Shown: positions 23,669 through 37,618, numbered from the stretch's first letter. The stretch is 64,000 bases of DNA from Rhodosorus marinus CCMP1338 (GCA_029953675.1 JAMWBK010000011.1:1240001-1304000); one strand, 5' to 3'. The notes: generated from the sequence alone by a model not told the origin. Numbers and translations: made by a program.

Positions 23669-24603
23669 CTTCAACAATTGTTTTTCGAAAACTAAATTAT
23701 CAGCGCGTATCAAGTTAGAGGGTATGAGATTGTCGAGTTTCTGCTGAGGGGCAGCATTTTCTGGCCCCCGATGAGCTTTACATGACCTTTCCGTTTCGTT
23801 CTTTTTGTCCGTATATCGGTCGACTCGTCCTCTGAATATTGCTCCGATGACCTCTTAGTCTGGACTGCCGCAGGGCTATCTGAACAGCCGATCTACCTTG
23901 GCGCCAGAGCGCCATCGAATTTCCGGTGTGAGAAAGGCGGATACGCACGTTTCTTTGCGACACTGGAAATCGGAAGCAAACTCTCTTTACATGTTGCTGA
24001 ATAGCTGGTTCAGATGAGCCATTAGCTTCTTCCCAAAAAGCACCGAGAAGAAAACCCCGGTGCGGTCCAAAACAATTGTGAATGTGAACGTCAACCTCAA
24101 ACCTAATTTGCAACCCCGCCGGCGCAAATAATACTCGATATTCAATAACGCGAACCGAAAAATATGAATGTGAATCGTCCGCTTCCAAGTCTTCTTCCAA
24201 GAATTCACAATTAAGAACACGTGTCGCATATCAATTAGTTAAATAGTAGTATCCGTTTGGGGGGTAATGATTCAGTTTACGAAGTGGTTGTTACTACCAA
24301 AACAATTTTAGTTTTTGATATAAGTACGTTTGTTGATATTGGGGAGGGGGTATTCGATCAGTCTTCCGAATTTTTTTTTACGCGGTGAGGGTGTTTTGGT
24401 CTGAAGAAGACGAGGAAAGAGTTGGATGGTTCCCTTTTGTTGGTGGAGACTGGTTTAGAATTGGCGTTCAGGATGCGCAGATCTTAAGCAACTGGTGGAG
24501 AACCGGAGTCGTGTGATTGATAAAGATCAATAGGTGTATCCTGGTCTCAGGATAATTGTATTTATAGGCTGGTTGAGGTTGGGCTCTGCTTGGATTGATA
24601 AGG

Positions 24604-25138
24604 ATGAAGCTGGTTAGGTAAGGCGAAGCGCGCTTATTGGGACTCTTTGATAGGTTGTGTTGGTTCTATTGTATAAGAGAACATGTACTTACTTTGACTG
24701 GCTTTGTAATAAATCTGTTTAGGTTTTTGACGAAATTGAGGAGCGAGACGGTCACGATCGAGCTGAAGAATGGAACTGTAATTCATGGGACGGTGACTGG
24801 TAAGTACAGGTCTTTCTGCAAATGACCGGATAGACTTGATTTTTGGATACTGATGACTCTTTTGAATCGTGGCCATGGTTCTAGGTGTGGACCACGCGAT
24901 GAACGTGCATTTGTCTACGGTTAAAATGACCCTCAAGGGAAAAAACCCGACGACACTGGACAGTTTATCCGTTCGAGGGAGCTCGATTCGTTATGTCATT
25001 CTTCCTGATTCCTTAAACATCGACGCGTTGCTTGTAGATGACAGTATTCGTCAACGAGGTGTTCCAGGCAAGCCGGAAGCGGCTGCGGGTCGGGGTCGTG
25101 GTCGAGGAAGAGGGAGGGGCAGAGGAGTTCGGCGGTAG
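24604..25138 (+). CDS. SNRPD1: Small nuclear ribonucleoprotein Sm D1
   Basis: Exons 24604-24617, 24723-24799 and 24885-25138 give [40 protein letters not shown]...[13 protein letters not shown] with a C-terminal RG repeat. Confidence 0.96.
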
Positions 25139-26410
25139 TCGATTTGAGGATGCTGCAAGAAGAAGCTACTGTTTGCGCTGAGCTGCACATTAAGTTCGGA
25201 ATAGGTCTTTTTTACGAGTGTCTAGACGGCTTGAAATGGTTGAGGATCGCCCAATTTTCCAATGGCGTGCGGTTACTTCAGCACGGATCCTCATGATGGG
25301 CGAGATTTTGGATTAGGTTGGAGGTGGGGCGTGATAGCTCCACGACTGCTGATGAGGAGGTCTGCTGCCGAACAGTTTTCTTCGTCAATAGCTACAGTCT
25401 AGGCTTCCGAGTAGGAAGTTCCAGGCCCCAAGGTTGTTGCCTTTTTCTCCACGCGTTTGGGGAGGAATAAATCTCTGCTGAAGCATAAGTCCAATTATCA
25501 AGTTGCTTTTGTAAAGAGTGCGAGAATATCTAGAGGAATTATAGAAGATTGTAATTTGTGAGAACTGTGCGAGCAACTTGCGGAGGAGGGCTACACTCGA
25601 GGACGGGCAGTGATTCCACTACGAGAAGAAACATACCTCCGCTGGTTGGTGAACAGCGATTCAACTCAATCAGAAGTAGAACCACAATTCTCGGGACCAT
25701 GGAAGGACGCTTTTAAGTGATGCGCTTCTTCTCGAGAACCAAAGCAGGCATAGGACATAGCCTTTGGTCATACCAACTCGACATTCCATGCATTCATCTG
25801 TCTCCAATCGCCAACCCGAAATACGAATACCTATCACAGTGTTAGGCAGAATCCTAACAGGGATACACTAGGAATCAACCAGAGCAGCCGTACACTTCAC
25901 AACCAGCAACAGCGCACGCGATTAGAACATGGCCAAGCACCAATCATTACAAACATATCGAACTAATGCAAACCGACTCCAAACAGAAATCCTTCTCAAA
26001 GCGATAAAAGTCCGTCCCCACAACGATCATAAGAAAATCAAACACAAACAATCAACTTTCACATCTACAAAGCAAACCAACTCCTTCTATCTAAAATTAT
26101 CCGTTATTCTTAAAATAGAAGTGTCCTATTAGTCTCAAGCCATAGTCTTTTTGTTTCTTCAGACTAGCGATAGCATCTACACAGAAATTTGGCCATTTAT
26201 CCTGTTTTCTTCTCGTCGGTTTTCTATTCTAATCTACCAAATTCCATCGAACACCCAAAAAAATTAAACAAGTGTTTTATTTAACAAAACAAAACAAATC
26301 AGTTCTCCGGAAAATTATCCACCAAAAAGTTGGATTGACAGGGTGTCCTCAAAATCTTCAACTGAGTTTTTTCGGTTTTTCATATCAAGTATTAAGAAAA
26401 CAAAAAGGCG

Positions 26411-26703
26411 GCATTTTTGAGTGTTTTTAATTGGATTTTTTTTTTGATTTTCTTCTGGGATTTGAGAAGACTTTGTTTTGGTACTTATCGTAAGGCTGTG
26501 CCAAGTTTGTCGGGTTTTTCGCTGTTTGCCAATCTAAAACCCCACTGTTTTCTCGAGTTTAACCACTTTTGGGTCGTAAACAGAGAAAAACCGGACGGAC
26601 TCGGCAAAAACCAGACGCCCTAGCATTTTTGAGTGTTTTTGAACGGATTTTTTTGGGGGGGTTTTCTTGTTGGATTTGAGAAGATCTTGTTTTGGTACTT
26701 ATA
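26411..26703. repeat. Two ~80-bp imperfect direct repeats upstream of the zinc-finger gene
   Basis: gcatttttgagtgttttt...ggatttgagaaga..ttgttttggtactta at 26411-26489 and 26623-26703. Confidence 0.8.
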
Positions 26704-26936
26704 GTTTAGTATCGATGGGGAAGAGAACATTGTGAGGATTTTGTAGTGTTTGCTTTTTATGTTGGGAAGGAGAAGAAGTTGGAGAGGATAGGATAGACTT
26801 AGTCTAGTTTGAGGTTAGGAAGTTTGAGTTAGTTCAGTCTAGTGTTTTTGTTTTTGGTGGTTTTTTAGGTTTGAGATTTTGAGGAAGTTTTGTGAGAATC
26901 TGTTTGGTTTTCGGTGGGTTTTTTTGGGGGAGAGAG

Positions 26937-27718
26937 ATGGAGAGAGAGGAAGGATGGAAGGAGGCGATGAGCGTTGAGAAAAGGAAGAGGGAGGAGAGGG
27001 AGGGTGGTCTTGCTCGGGGTGGTCCTGTACAGAGGCGTCGTCGTTTTGACTATGAGTTGGTTGAGACGGTGACGCTTCTGCCCGAATGGGATGAGAGGAC
27101 TTTTCGTATGAAGGCTGAGGCCGAGATTCAGAAGTATGCGGCGCCACAGTCAAGAATTCGAAAATCTACCGCAGCGCGTACGAATATGAACGGGGAAGTT
27201 CTACAAATGTACTCCTGCTCTAACAAACGATGCTCGATGCGGATGAGAACAGTACGTGATTTGGCCCTGTTCAGCTCGTTGGAAATGAAACTAAGTACAA
27301 TCTACTACCCTTTCCTCATGACCAGATCTCTCAGAGTTCTACTGTGAAAATCTATGTTGGCCATCCGCACGACTGCAGCTATTCAAAAGCGTATTCGGGA
27401 ACAGTTCCTCAACCAAAGTTTCAGAACTGGGCCTACCCAGCGCCTTCGCCAGTTGATACGCATGTTCCTAGCAGGTACGAGAGGGCAACGGCAACTAAAA
27501 CAGCTCCACCACCGGCACCGAAGCCTTCAACGGAAGCCACGCGATCCCCAAAACCAGCTGCTACCTCTGAGGGGAAGAGACTTGCGAAACTCCGACCTGA
27601 AACTAAGAAGCCAGAGATTGTCCCGGTGGAGCCAGAGACTATCCCCGTACATGGCCTTCGAGCTACTGTTGCATCTGCCTTTGAACGGTTCAGGAAAATC
27701 TTCCTCAGCAGCTCATAG
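26937..27718 (+). CDS. FAR1/FLYWCH/WRKY-GCM1-like zinc-finger protein with Pro/Thr-rich tail
   Basis: Intron 27252-27325 (gtacgt...ccag) joins two ORFs into KYAAPQSRIRKS...MYSCSNKRC-x18-HPH, a C-x4-C-x18-H-x-H motif. Confidence 0.65.
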
Positions 27719-28912
27719 CTAAAGATTGGCCCTTCCTAACCTTAGCCTGTAGCCGCGAATAGGTGACTTGACGCTGGGTGCAGACCACTTCATTCTCGTG
27801 ACAGCAAAATGCCAACTCGAAGCAAACCGGAACTTCACCGCGACTATCCTTTTCCGATCTTGCCTCCTACTACTAAAGAGCTATGTATTTCTTTTTCCCG
27901 CCAACATCACGCACGTGGAACTGAATCAACATTCCGAGCAACGCGAGTGAGACTCTCTCCAAAACCCTAGTCGACAGTTGAGTGAAGATCATAATGATCA
28001 GCTCATCGGCTCATCTTTTGTATGAGAAAACTACTCAATCGAGACTTTCTTCAGAGTTCCAACCTCCGCCAATCCAACCAAACGTTCTTCTTTCTTTTCG
28101 GGCATGCAACAACCTTCCTGCCGGCATCGATAGATAGAATCCGCCCCACCATCATCAGCGTAACGACTTTTGCAAGCCGTTGGATTCTTACGATCGATGC
28201 AAGCCTAGATTTGGAATGCTCTTCCAGTGGATATCTGCATCGATGGTACGAATCCAGCCGCTGGAAACTCACTCCGCACCATCTACCAGTCCATCTAGAA
28301 CTGGAGAGTTCAGGTTTCTGAATATGAAACTCCCTACGGGTCTGGAACTGTTAGCATTGTGCCAATTAAAAATGGTGGCGGGTAGGGGCAAGGGAGGATA
28401 GTCGGCTTCTAACCACCGCTTGCCCACACGACTAGACTCACCATTCAGAGTTTCTCAAGTTTGAAAAGTACTTAGCAGCTATGTTGTTGAGCTTGAGACT
28501 CTCGATGTGAGTCCAAAAGCTCCAGTTTTGAAGCCTTCCAGATAAAGCGCAGGGATTCTCAGTCTCGAATCCGGGAGAGTCGTCTTAATACCTCGTACGA
28601 GACAACACCAAAAATAGGACTCGGCGAGCAGGAGGAGGACATACAGTCAAAGCACCATTAGCATCTCAGGTACGGAGAATTGCTGCAGTGTCAACCGTAG
28701 CCAGCGAAAGCTTGAGGGCAGGGTACATCAATAGAGGTATGCCTGATGAGCTCGGGTAAGAGTTTGAATTCTAGGCTTTCCGAAGCAGCTAAGAGGGAGG
28801 TTGCAGAGTTGATCATGTTCTGTTAGGTATTGGCTGTCGTGGAGGGTGCTGGAGACTACAAGCCCAACATGTTTTTGTTGTCTGCCAAGTAGAGCATCTT
28901 AGCGAGTGGCCT

Positions 28913-31900
28913 ATGGCGTGGTTTTCAAGGTAAGTTGAAGCAAACTAGTCTGCATGGATCTTTAGAGGCTGCAGTATCCAGAAACTGACTAGGCAGGAGC
29001 GCTTGCTTCGAATTCTGCTTCTCAGCGATGAAGATCCGAGCTGGAAAACCACAGGTATCCTCCTGCTCATTGGAGCTATCTACTGGATTCTCGTGTTCGT
29101 CGTTCCCGCGCTTCTGTTTGTTTTCCTGCATCTATGTCGACACCGGAAGGCGTGGGAGCGGGTGAGGCGGGGAAACGAATCTGAAGGAGAGAGTATTTTC
29201 GCACTCATACGACGACTGACCACAGGCTCACTTCGGACATAGTCTCTGAGCAGGTCCGCTTTTAGGAACACCTCCTTTCTCTGGGGCAAGGTCAGGTCTC
29301 GAACGTATGCCTTCGTGCACTACTATGTGGGCAAGTGGATGGATAACGTCAGAGTTGCGTTCATTCTTGCGATTATCATCGCGAATATCGCCACTTCCGT
29401 GCAACAACGGATTGACACAGGCTGGGGAATCACCATGGTAGCGCCGCTTGACCCCGAACATGAATTGTCCATGGTGTTTTGGTTGTTGAGCGGGAGTCAC
29501 CCCTGACGATGCTCTTCGCTTGTTTTTTTTCCTGTCCTAGCTCGTCAGCGGTATCTATTTGACGCTCGATTTTTTCTTCCGGACTACGCTTCTACCTCTT
29601 GAGCGTAGCACATGGTGGTGGCTTGTTTCGTATCACACTGGATGTACTGCGTTCTCACTCTCGTCGGCTATTGCAGTATGCTTATAATCCCATTTCTCAG
29701 CAATGTTGAGGTGTTTGCTTGCTCTTTTACGCAAGGCTGATGTTTCTTGCTCAAAAAATGTGTGATCCGATGCTCAGGCGGGACTTGGCTACGAGTCGTG
29801 GCTCAATCTCAACTTTCTGGTAGTTATTCCTTTCTACTTCGCGGTCGTGAAGGTAATCTATGGATCACTAGCGAAGGACCCACGATTTATGGATGTCGCA
29901 TATGCAGATAGTGGATCTGTGAACCAGTATGTTGTGGCTTGGACATGGTACCTTTTCTTTTTGTGTGTGAGCTTCGCGGGGATGTTTCTCACGGTGAGAG
30001 AAGCGTTGCATCTCTCAACATGAACGCTCTTAACCTGGGCTTCTCCACGATCGCTAGTACCTTAAATTCTCGTCTCTACTTCTTCTTTCCGTGCACCTCT
30101 GTTCAGTTGGAAGTTCTCGGAAATCCGGACGGATTTGCGGAGTGGTCCGTGACTATCAACGGCTGGAACTTTCTCACGGGCACGGTGTTCTCCATGGTGA
30201 CCATAACAACGGTTGGATACGGAAACCTGACCCCAGACTCCTACCCCGGAATCATCTTTATGTCTATGGTTATTGTATATGGAATATTCTACATCGCACA
30301 ACGCCTCTCCATTCTTTTTACGCAGCTATCAAAATTCCGCCAAGGAGGAGGCTCTTATCGAAGGAATTTTCTGACTAGGTGAGCCGAAGACGCAACGCGT
30401 GGCAACCTTACTGAGCTTTTAACTCACTGCTTCATGCGTATGACCGCACACAGTCCACAACATGTTGTTGTTGCTGGAGATTTCAGACCTGGCGATTTGC
30501 TGGCGTTCACCACCGCCTTTTACACACGCCGCTGGAACATGAGCACCAATATCGTGTTGCTCTCGTGGTCAACGCAGCTGAGTGGGAGGGAACGAAACCT
30601 CCTTGCGCGGTCCGAAATCGGCAACAAAGTCTCGTTTATTCGTGGAGAGGCGATGGATCGGAACGATCGCGAAAGGGCTGCGGTAGGTGCAAGTTCAGAC
30701 AGACCCCCACATCGAAAATTTTGTGGGCCGCAGGCGCACGCTTCTGGCTAAGCTCGACCTAGTTTCTTTGTCGGGTGTGCGTTTTCGTGTGTCGTCCTTG
30801 CAGGTGGCAATGGCTGAAGCCTGCGCCGTTTTGTCTCCCATAGAAGCAGAGAATCTGGAGGAGGCCGACAAGATCAACGCGATGCGGGTCCTGGGTATTC
30901 GCTCCAATGCTCCCAAGGTGCTTTTGCGCACCAAAAAAGTCCACTGTAGGGGCGCTCTAGGTTGCTGACCGCCGCTGTGCTCAGGTTCCAATATTTTCTG
31001 TACATCGTTTGACTTCGTCGAATCGGCTTTTCGAAAATGCCTGCTACACGTTCGTGGACAAGGAGGCCCGCGCATACCACAACGGGGAATCTCTAGGTTT
31101 CGACCGGATTATTTCTTTGCTGGTCGTCCTGAACCTTCGCTGCCCGGGATTCAGCACATTCTTCACAAATCTCGTCATGCTTTGGAGATTCAAGCCATCT
31201 ATTGATGACCCTCCGGGCAGGCTCGAATACAAAGCTGGTACCCACATGGGCCCGCGAATGCTATTGAGGAAGGAAACAGAACGAGAGATACCTTGAAAGC
31301 ATTTTGCTGAGACTATCTTCACAGATTATGGAATGGTTTTAATGTGCGTCGTCTCGTCAAACCTCGAAAGGACGGTCATGGTTAACGAACTGGAGGCAGA
31401 CTACATCCTTCCCAATGAGTGCAACATTTCTGTGCTTGGCGCGGAGGAGCAGGTACAGCCGTTGACTCTCGTTTCGATCACCGTGGAAGCAGCCTCTCTA
31501 ACCCGAACGTTTCAATCGCGCAGGTGGACCAGTTTCTGGAGGATTCGGACGAATTCGAGGCCCATGAGTCGATTCACAGACTTCGAATGGAACGGAACCT
31601 TCCACGAGAACCTGGAACTCTCCCGCAAACCGGTGTAGCGGGATCAGAGCCGACGGATGCTGAAGTTGACGACGACATGGCCGGAGCCTCGGCTCATCTC
31701 AGAGTGCTGCATTCAGCAACCCTGTCGGTTGTAGGGCATACTGTCATTGCCGCGTTTTCGAAGAATTCTCTCAGTCTCGTTTTCAACATTCTAGAACGTC
31801 GTACGACATATCCTGCTCACTATCTTTCACTTGAAGATTTCGAACTCTAAACAAGCGTCTCTACGTTTTAGAGCAAGCGCACCTGGAGAGGAAAGTCGTG

Positions 31901-33560
31901 CTCCTGATGCCCGACCTCAACGAGTCGGAAGTCGAACAGCTACAAGCTCGCAATGTCTCCGTGGTTGTTACGGACCCTAGTCGGGCGAAGGCGCTCAGGC
32001 GTGTGAATTTACACAAGGTAACACCTGTTGAAAGAAAAAAGGGACTGGACAAGACACCGTTTGTTTCGCGGGTCTCAAACATCCGTACCCTGTGCGGTTT
32101 CGAAAGGCTTCTGCGGTGATCATTTTAATGGAGGAAACGGTTGGCTCAGACCAAGGTTCAGTTCTTAACGACTCGAAGCCGAGCTACTGCCTATTGCTGG
32201 TTCAGTCGATTGTGAAGAATCTCCATGAAGACCAGGTAAGGGCATGGACCAAATACAACGTTAGGTGATGGCATGCCAAGAGCACTCTTCTGAACCCGGC
32301 AGCTTTCAAAATTGACCCTTCCAGAAACCGATTATTCAAATCTTGTCGCGCGGGCTACATCTTGAGAGCAGCCTAGAGCACGATTTCTTCCTTAAACTTG
32401 ATCAAGTAGCACAGAGCGTTAGCCGAAAGCACGGAAAATCTCTTTGTCCGTACATTTGGCGTCGGAGGGGCTGATCATCTTTCCGTTCCCGTGTTGCTGT
32501 GTGCGGAGCACAGACCGTTAGGGACATCGGCTTGGAGTTGCTCGAAGAGGAAGAAGAGGCTGAGGAGGGCTACTCCAAGGAATCATTGGAGTCATTGCCG
32601 GATCACTATGACAGTCTGTCAACAATGTCTAGAGGAGATCCTCTGCCAGACGTTCATGACCGAGGTAGCACTGGAAGGCGACGACGACGGAAGTTCCTCG
32701 AACAAGCCGGCACCAACGTAATTGAAGACCTTGAGAATATCGAGGTGAGATTGAGCCGTTCGCGTTCTACCCAACTAGGCGAATGGGGCAAAAGCGCTTA
32801 ACCCGAGACGTCTGTACTTGCTTTTTTCTAGATTTTTAGCACATCCACCTACATGAGCGGAAGTCTGGTGATGACAGCAATTCTTCCGGGGATGATTGCT
32901 TCTGAAATTTGTGCTCCAGGCAGTTTTGGACTTTTCAGAAATCTGCTTTCAGCAGAGAACGACGTGTAGGCTAAGAACCCCTGTTAGCTCATCAGCTTCT
33001 ATTAGCATTTTCGCGGTAGCTTACTCGGCGAGTTTTATGCACCTTGCAGGAGCCGCGTACATGCTCTACGAGTTCCAGGTATCTGGTCAGGTCGGACGTG
33101 GATTGAGTTTTTCATTGCAGTGAACAGGAGAAATGGGATCGCGCTTGGTCTTTTTCGCCATCCTACAGCGCAGGTCTGCACCCATCACGTGATGAACTTG
33201 CCGACTCGGAGCAGCGCTTGCGACGGAGACGGGACACAAGCCAGTCTAGGCGATAGATGGTACGTGCGATTTCCGTTCGGTTAGATTGATTTCCGTGGTT
33301 GATTTTCATAACAGTGGAGCCTGCATTCCACGCTTGTTCTTCATAGGATGTACACGAACCCAGCTCACTGTACGGTTCTGAGCTCTGAAGACCTGGCATA
33401 TGTTTATGTTTCAGATGTCCGTAGACTGAACAGGCAACTCAGCAGTTCCAGAGCTTTTTCAAGGCCAAGTATGGCAGCATTCAGTAGGGAAAGCCTTCGC
33501 AGCTCACGGCAGTCGGAGGTGCCCCCTGTTCCGAACGGAGATGAAAGGCCTTCATGCTGA
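28913..33560 (+). CDS. Slo/BK-family potassium channel with RCK domains (multi-exon)
   Basis: Pore TITTVGYGNLTP near 30200. RCK1 motifs HVVVAGD, FIRGEAMDRNDRERA, AEACAVL, EADKINAMRVLGIR and CPGFSTFFTNL. C-terminal LGLFRH...YTNP...EDLAYV. Some exon boundaries and the start are approximate. Confidence 0.88.
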
Positions 33561-34183
33561 TGCATACGTAGACTGTACATAACCGGGGCATTAAATAATT
33601 TCCTACCCTAATGATTAAATCTATATATACCAACAAAATTATCGCCGTTTTGTGGTGAGCGCTTGGCTCCGAATACCTGAATCTCTTGAGGTGTTATGAT
33701 TTGCAGGCGTACAAGGGAATTGATAAGGAAGCGACGCTCCTGAGGAAGTACTCAGCCTCTTTCTTTCATCGGAAGTTTGTCCAAATCGCTCAACCGGAGT
33801 GCGCTGGGTCGATTCACAAGTTCGCCAATGCCCTCCATATTTTATCTCTACGTTAAAAACTCACTTGAGGCAGGCTAGTGCCCAGGGTCTCACCCTCAGC
33901 TACTACTCCATGACCACTTTCTCAGCTGGTTCAGGGCTAGTTGCCGGAACAGCTGCTCAATGTCACTGATTCTGCACGTTTCCAGTCGGATCTCCGCTAC
34001 CGAATCTAGTACGTACAGCATGCTCTTCTGACTCTCCTTTTGTTGATGGATCGATGCCGAGGCATGGCGGTGGACTCTCTCTCTATTATGATTGAGGAGG
34101 TGCATGCTGGAATTGTGTCACTCACAGAATCGTCTGAGCTTTGAAGCAGTTTAGAAAAGATAAGTGAGAATGAGAGTGGAACT

Positions 34184-34889
34184 TTGTTAAAGTGGGTTTC
34201 TCTTGCTGTTGTTTCCTGTGCTCGATATGGTGATGAGCGTGTCGTGAGACAATGTTCTGCAGACGACATGGCCAAATTCCTTTGGCAACGTACGAAGGAC
34301 CGAGATTGGAAGCTTATTAACGAGCTCCACATGATGATTGATTCTGAATCTATCTATGCGTATGTTCGGAGACAGACCGCTCCCATCGCAGAGGCCAATA
34401 CTGCTACTGAACCGCTCCGCACTATGCTCCCTACGCGTGCGGATCGGCGAGCGGCAAGAAAAGTTGGACAGGTCCTTGCCGACCGGCTAGACCACGTAAG
34501 GGTATCCAGATTACATTATCAAGGATGCGTTAGTAAGCAAACCATAATGCCCAAGTCGATGTCTTGTGTTAGCTTTCTCGTTGGTCTCAGTCCCAGTTAT
34601 TCTGCCGACAGGTAACTTCAAAGATGACTTCTCCAGGCACACAGAACTGCTCCTGGGCTTGAGAAGTCGTGGCATCCTAGTGACTGTCGACAGTGAGTGT
34701 TGGAAGAGGCTCAACCCGCCCAGGCAACATTCTCACATTGATAAGGCAACGTCAGCAATGAGGCGCAACGGAATACCGTGCAGTGTTAATTTCCCAACGG
34801 CGGTTAGGCTTTTTAGATCGGATAGATCAAAGCTCCTGAGCAGGCCAGATAGTCAACCTCCACCCCGTCGACAAAAGTCCTCTCACTAA
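34184..34889 (+). CDS. Hypothetical protein (two overlapping ORFs, probably intron-split)
   Basis: Protein-like ORFs 34184-34615 and 34566-34889 with a gtaagg donor at 34496. I could not find a clean splice that joins them or recognise a domain. Confidence 0.3.
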
Positions 34890-35311
34890 GAACAAAGGAG
34901 CGTCGGCAGGAGAGGAACCGCTTTGCAGGCTATTAATGTCCTCAGTTGCTTCCGACCTCATCATCGATACAAGCTATCACACAAGCGGGACGATGAGGTC
35001 AGAAAAAACACTCAAGAGGACTTGATTGTGCCTTGTGAGTTGCTCAAACTCTTGTGAGTCACGTTCTTTTAAAAAAGGCTTGTTCAAAAGAGTCTCTTTC
35101 TCGCTAGTAAAATTATAAGATGAACATGATACGTTCTACGTAATAGTTAACATTCTACGGCGCCGGCCATTGAAGTACAGAAGTTGGAGTCAATCGCAGG
35201 AAAGTTCACCACCTCTTTCAAGCGGTCGCTTCTGACATGTCTTGTCAGTCGGTAAAAGCTGAAGGATATCGGGAAACTCGGAAGCAAAATCGGATAATTA
35301 CGACGTGTTAG

Positions 35312-36200
35312 TTACTTGGGTGCTCCTCTCACGAGATCCATAAACTCTGATCTCCGCCGATCTTCGTTCTTGAAGCATCCCATCATCGACATTGTCACGG
35401 TTTTCGCAGAAGTCTTCTTGACGCCGCGCATAACCATACACATATGCCTGCAAGAACAAGAGATCGAATCTTTCAGCGGAGGGATTCGACGACTAGTGAG
35501 CACGCCGTGGCATCTTACGAGGCTTCCATGAAGACTGCAACACCTAGCGGATCGATAGCTTCCTCGACGGCTTCGGCGATTTCGCGTGTGAGGCGTTCCT
35601 GGATCTGGAGTCTTTTCGAATAGAGCTCAGTAATCCTCGCGAGCTTGCTCAGGCCAATGACTTTTCCGTTGGGAATGTACGCGATGTGACACTATAGCGA
35701 AACGGAAGCACGGATGAATCGCGGTTGAGAAATCACGGCGAAATGGCTCGAGGCCAATCAAGCGAGAGTCAACCAGCCGTAGAGCTCACCTTGCCGTGAA
35801 ACGGGACCATGTGATGCTCACACAGCGAATGCACTTCCACATTGGAAAGGAAAACGATCTCGGAATGGCTCTCCACGAACTCTGCGTCTCCGACGACCTC
35901 CCTCAGGCTCATTCTGTAGCCATCAGTGAAATCCATGAGGGCCTTTGCATACCTAGAAGGCGTTTTTCTAAGACCTTCCCTATTCGAATCCCCTTCTAAA
36001 CACTCCAGAACCGTCTGAATCGCGTCTGCAATTCTCCTCTCCCTTTCCCCTCTGCTGAGTGCTTTCATAATCACTCCCGCACCATCTCCCACGCTATCCG
36101 TCACATCTGAACATGCAGTTTCGGTCACACTTCTCTTCTCCTTCTCACTTCCAACCCCTCCTTCTTCCTCTCGAACCCGTTTCTCGCCAATACTGCCCAT
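35312..36200 (-). CDS. GCH1: GTP cyclohydrolase I (single-domain)
   Basis: Exons 36200-35790, 35691-35519 and 35447-35312 give [36 protein letters not shown] and HMCMVMRGV. Confidence 0.96.
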
Positions 36201-37618
36201 ACTCCCACCCTCTGGCTACAAACAACCCTTCAAACCTGCGAGATCACTCAAAGCCAAAGATCTTCTTACGCAGAAAGGATCCCATTCTCATGGTAGCGTA
36301 GAACTATTCTACCCAGACTGCTCAACCTCTCGCCAAACCCTGCCACTTATTCTCACTACCGCGGCAGAGTAGAGAGCTCTCACCTCCATTAGTTCCATCC
36401 ATTATTGACAACTGGTTTCTTCTTTTTCTCTGCGCATGATTTGGAAGTCAAGCAATCTATAAAACTGGCTTAGATAAAAAAACGATATTTTAAGGATGAA
36501 ATAGTTTTCTTAATAATGAAGATAGCTCCCTAATAATGGACCCACGTCATATTTAGAGAGGTGGACTGGAGGAGTGTTTTTGACATTCGATCCCGTCCGT
36601 TCAATTAGCTTTGGACAGTCTGTCTCTGTATATACGGGCTATTATTTTACAATACAATAGTATATATTATGTTTTCCCGAATGTTTAGGGCATATGAAGC
36701 TCTCCTAAAGTATTGAGTTGGGAAGATTTTGAGAGATAATTCCAGCCCCGATCCTGGTCGGAAGAAAAGGAAGAATAGCTCATTGATATAGGATAAGTAT
36801 CCAAATTTTGGTGCTGGGCTTAATTCAAACAGTGGAGATTCAGAAACGATCCAAAATGAGTCATATGCAGCGATCCTGTTCTACGCGGACCAGCGAACCG
36901 TTCTTTTATTAGTACGCTTGTACTAGACTTAAAATAATTTAGAAGTGTTTCAGTAATATAGCACTCTATGGATTATTGTTTTGAACATAGGAATAAATAT
37001 AGATCACAATAGGTTCCACAAGTAGGAGGATTGAATTTTGTTTGAAAAAGAAGCTAGAATTTATTGGTGGTATATCTGACAGATGAAAAGCTTGTTCAAA
37101 AGGCGATTCACAAGTTGCGGACATGCATGCTGCGCTTTCTCGAAGAAAATGGACATGGGTGACTGGGTCATGTGATCTGTGCTGAACCATTGGCTATGTA
37201 CGACTATGAATGTCCAGCGAGCATCTGTGACGGCACGCGAAGCTCGCGACGGCCTCGTATCAAGAACTCGCGGTGGCGAAGATAGATGGCCAACTCCTTG
37301 CCGATCGCAGTGCTCTGGCAAAGATGGCCGTCAACTTCCAGTTACTATCGTCCCTCTTTCCCGACGATAGGGTACGTGCATGGTCGTCACCGTTGTGAAG
37401 ACGAAACAGATTTCGGTTTGCACCGAACTCCTACGACCTCCAACCTGGCAGTCCAGCAGCCAATCGCCTTCACTGAGAGGGACTTCCATTGTTCCGGCTT
37501 ATACTCTGAGGATATGCTAGGACATGAACATCTACATCGTCATTCCGGTATCAAAAACCTCTTGGTCCTTTAATGAAGTATAAGTAGGAAGCGCGTTCAA
37601 TCCTCAAATGATACCTGG

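Noticed and set aside
23778-24229. Two overlapping minus-strand ORFs upstream of SmD1
   Set aside because: No recognisable domain or consistent splice model; they could be TE debris.
25200-25950. Possible third LINE-like fragment on the minus strand
   Set aside because: It has only vague peptide resemblance amid many stops, so it is not supportable.
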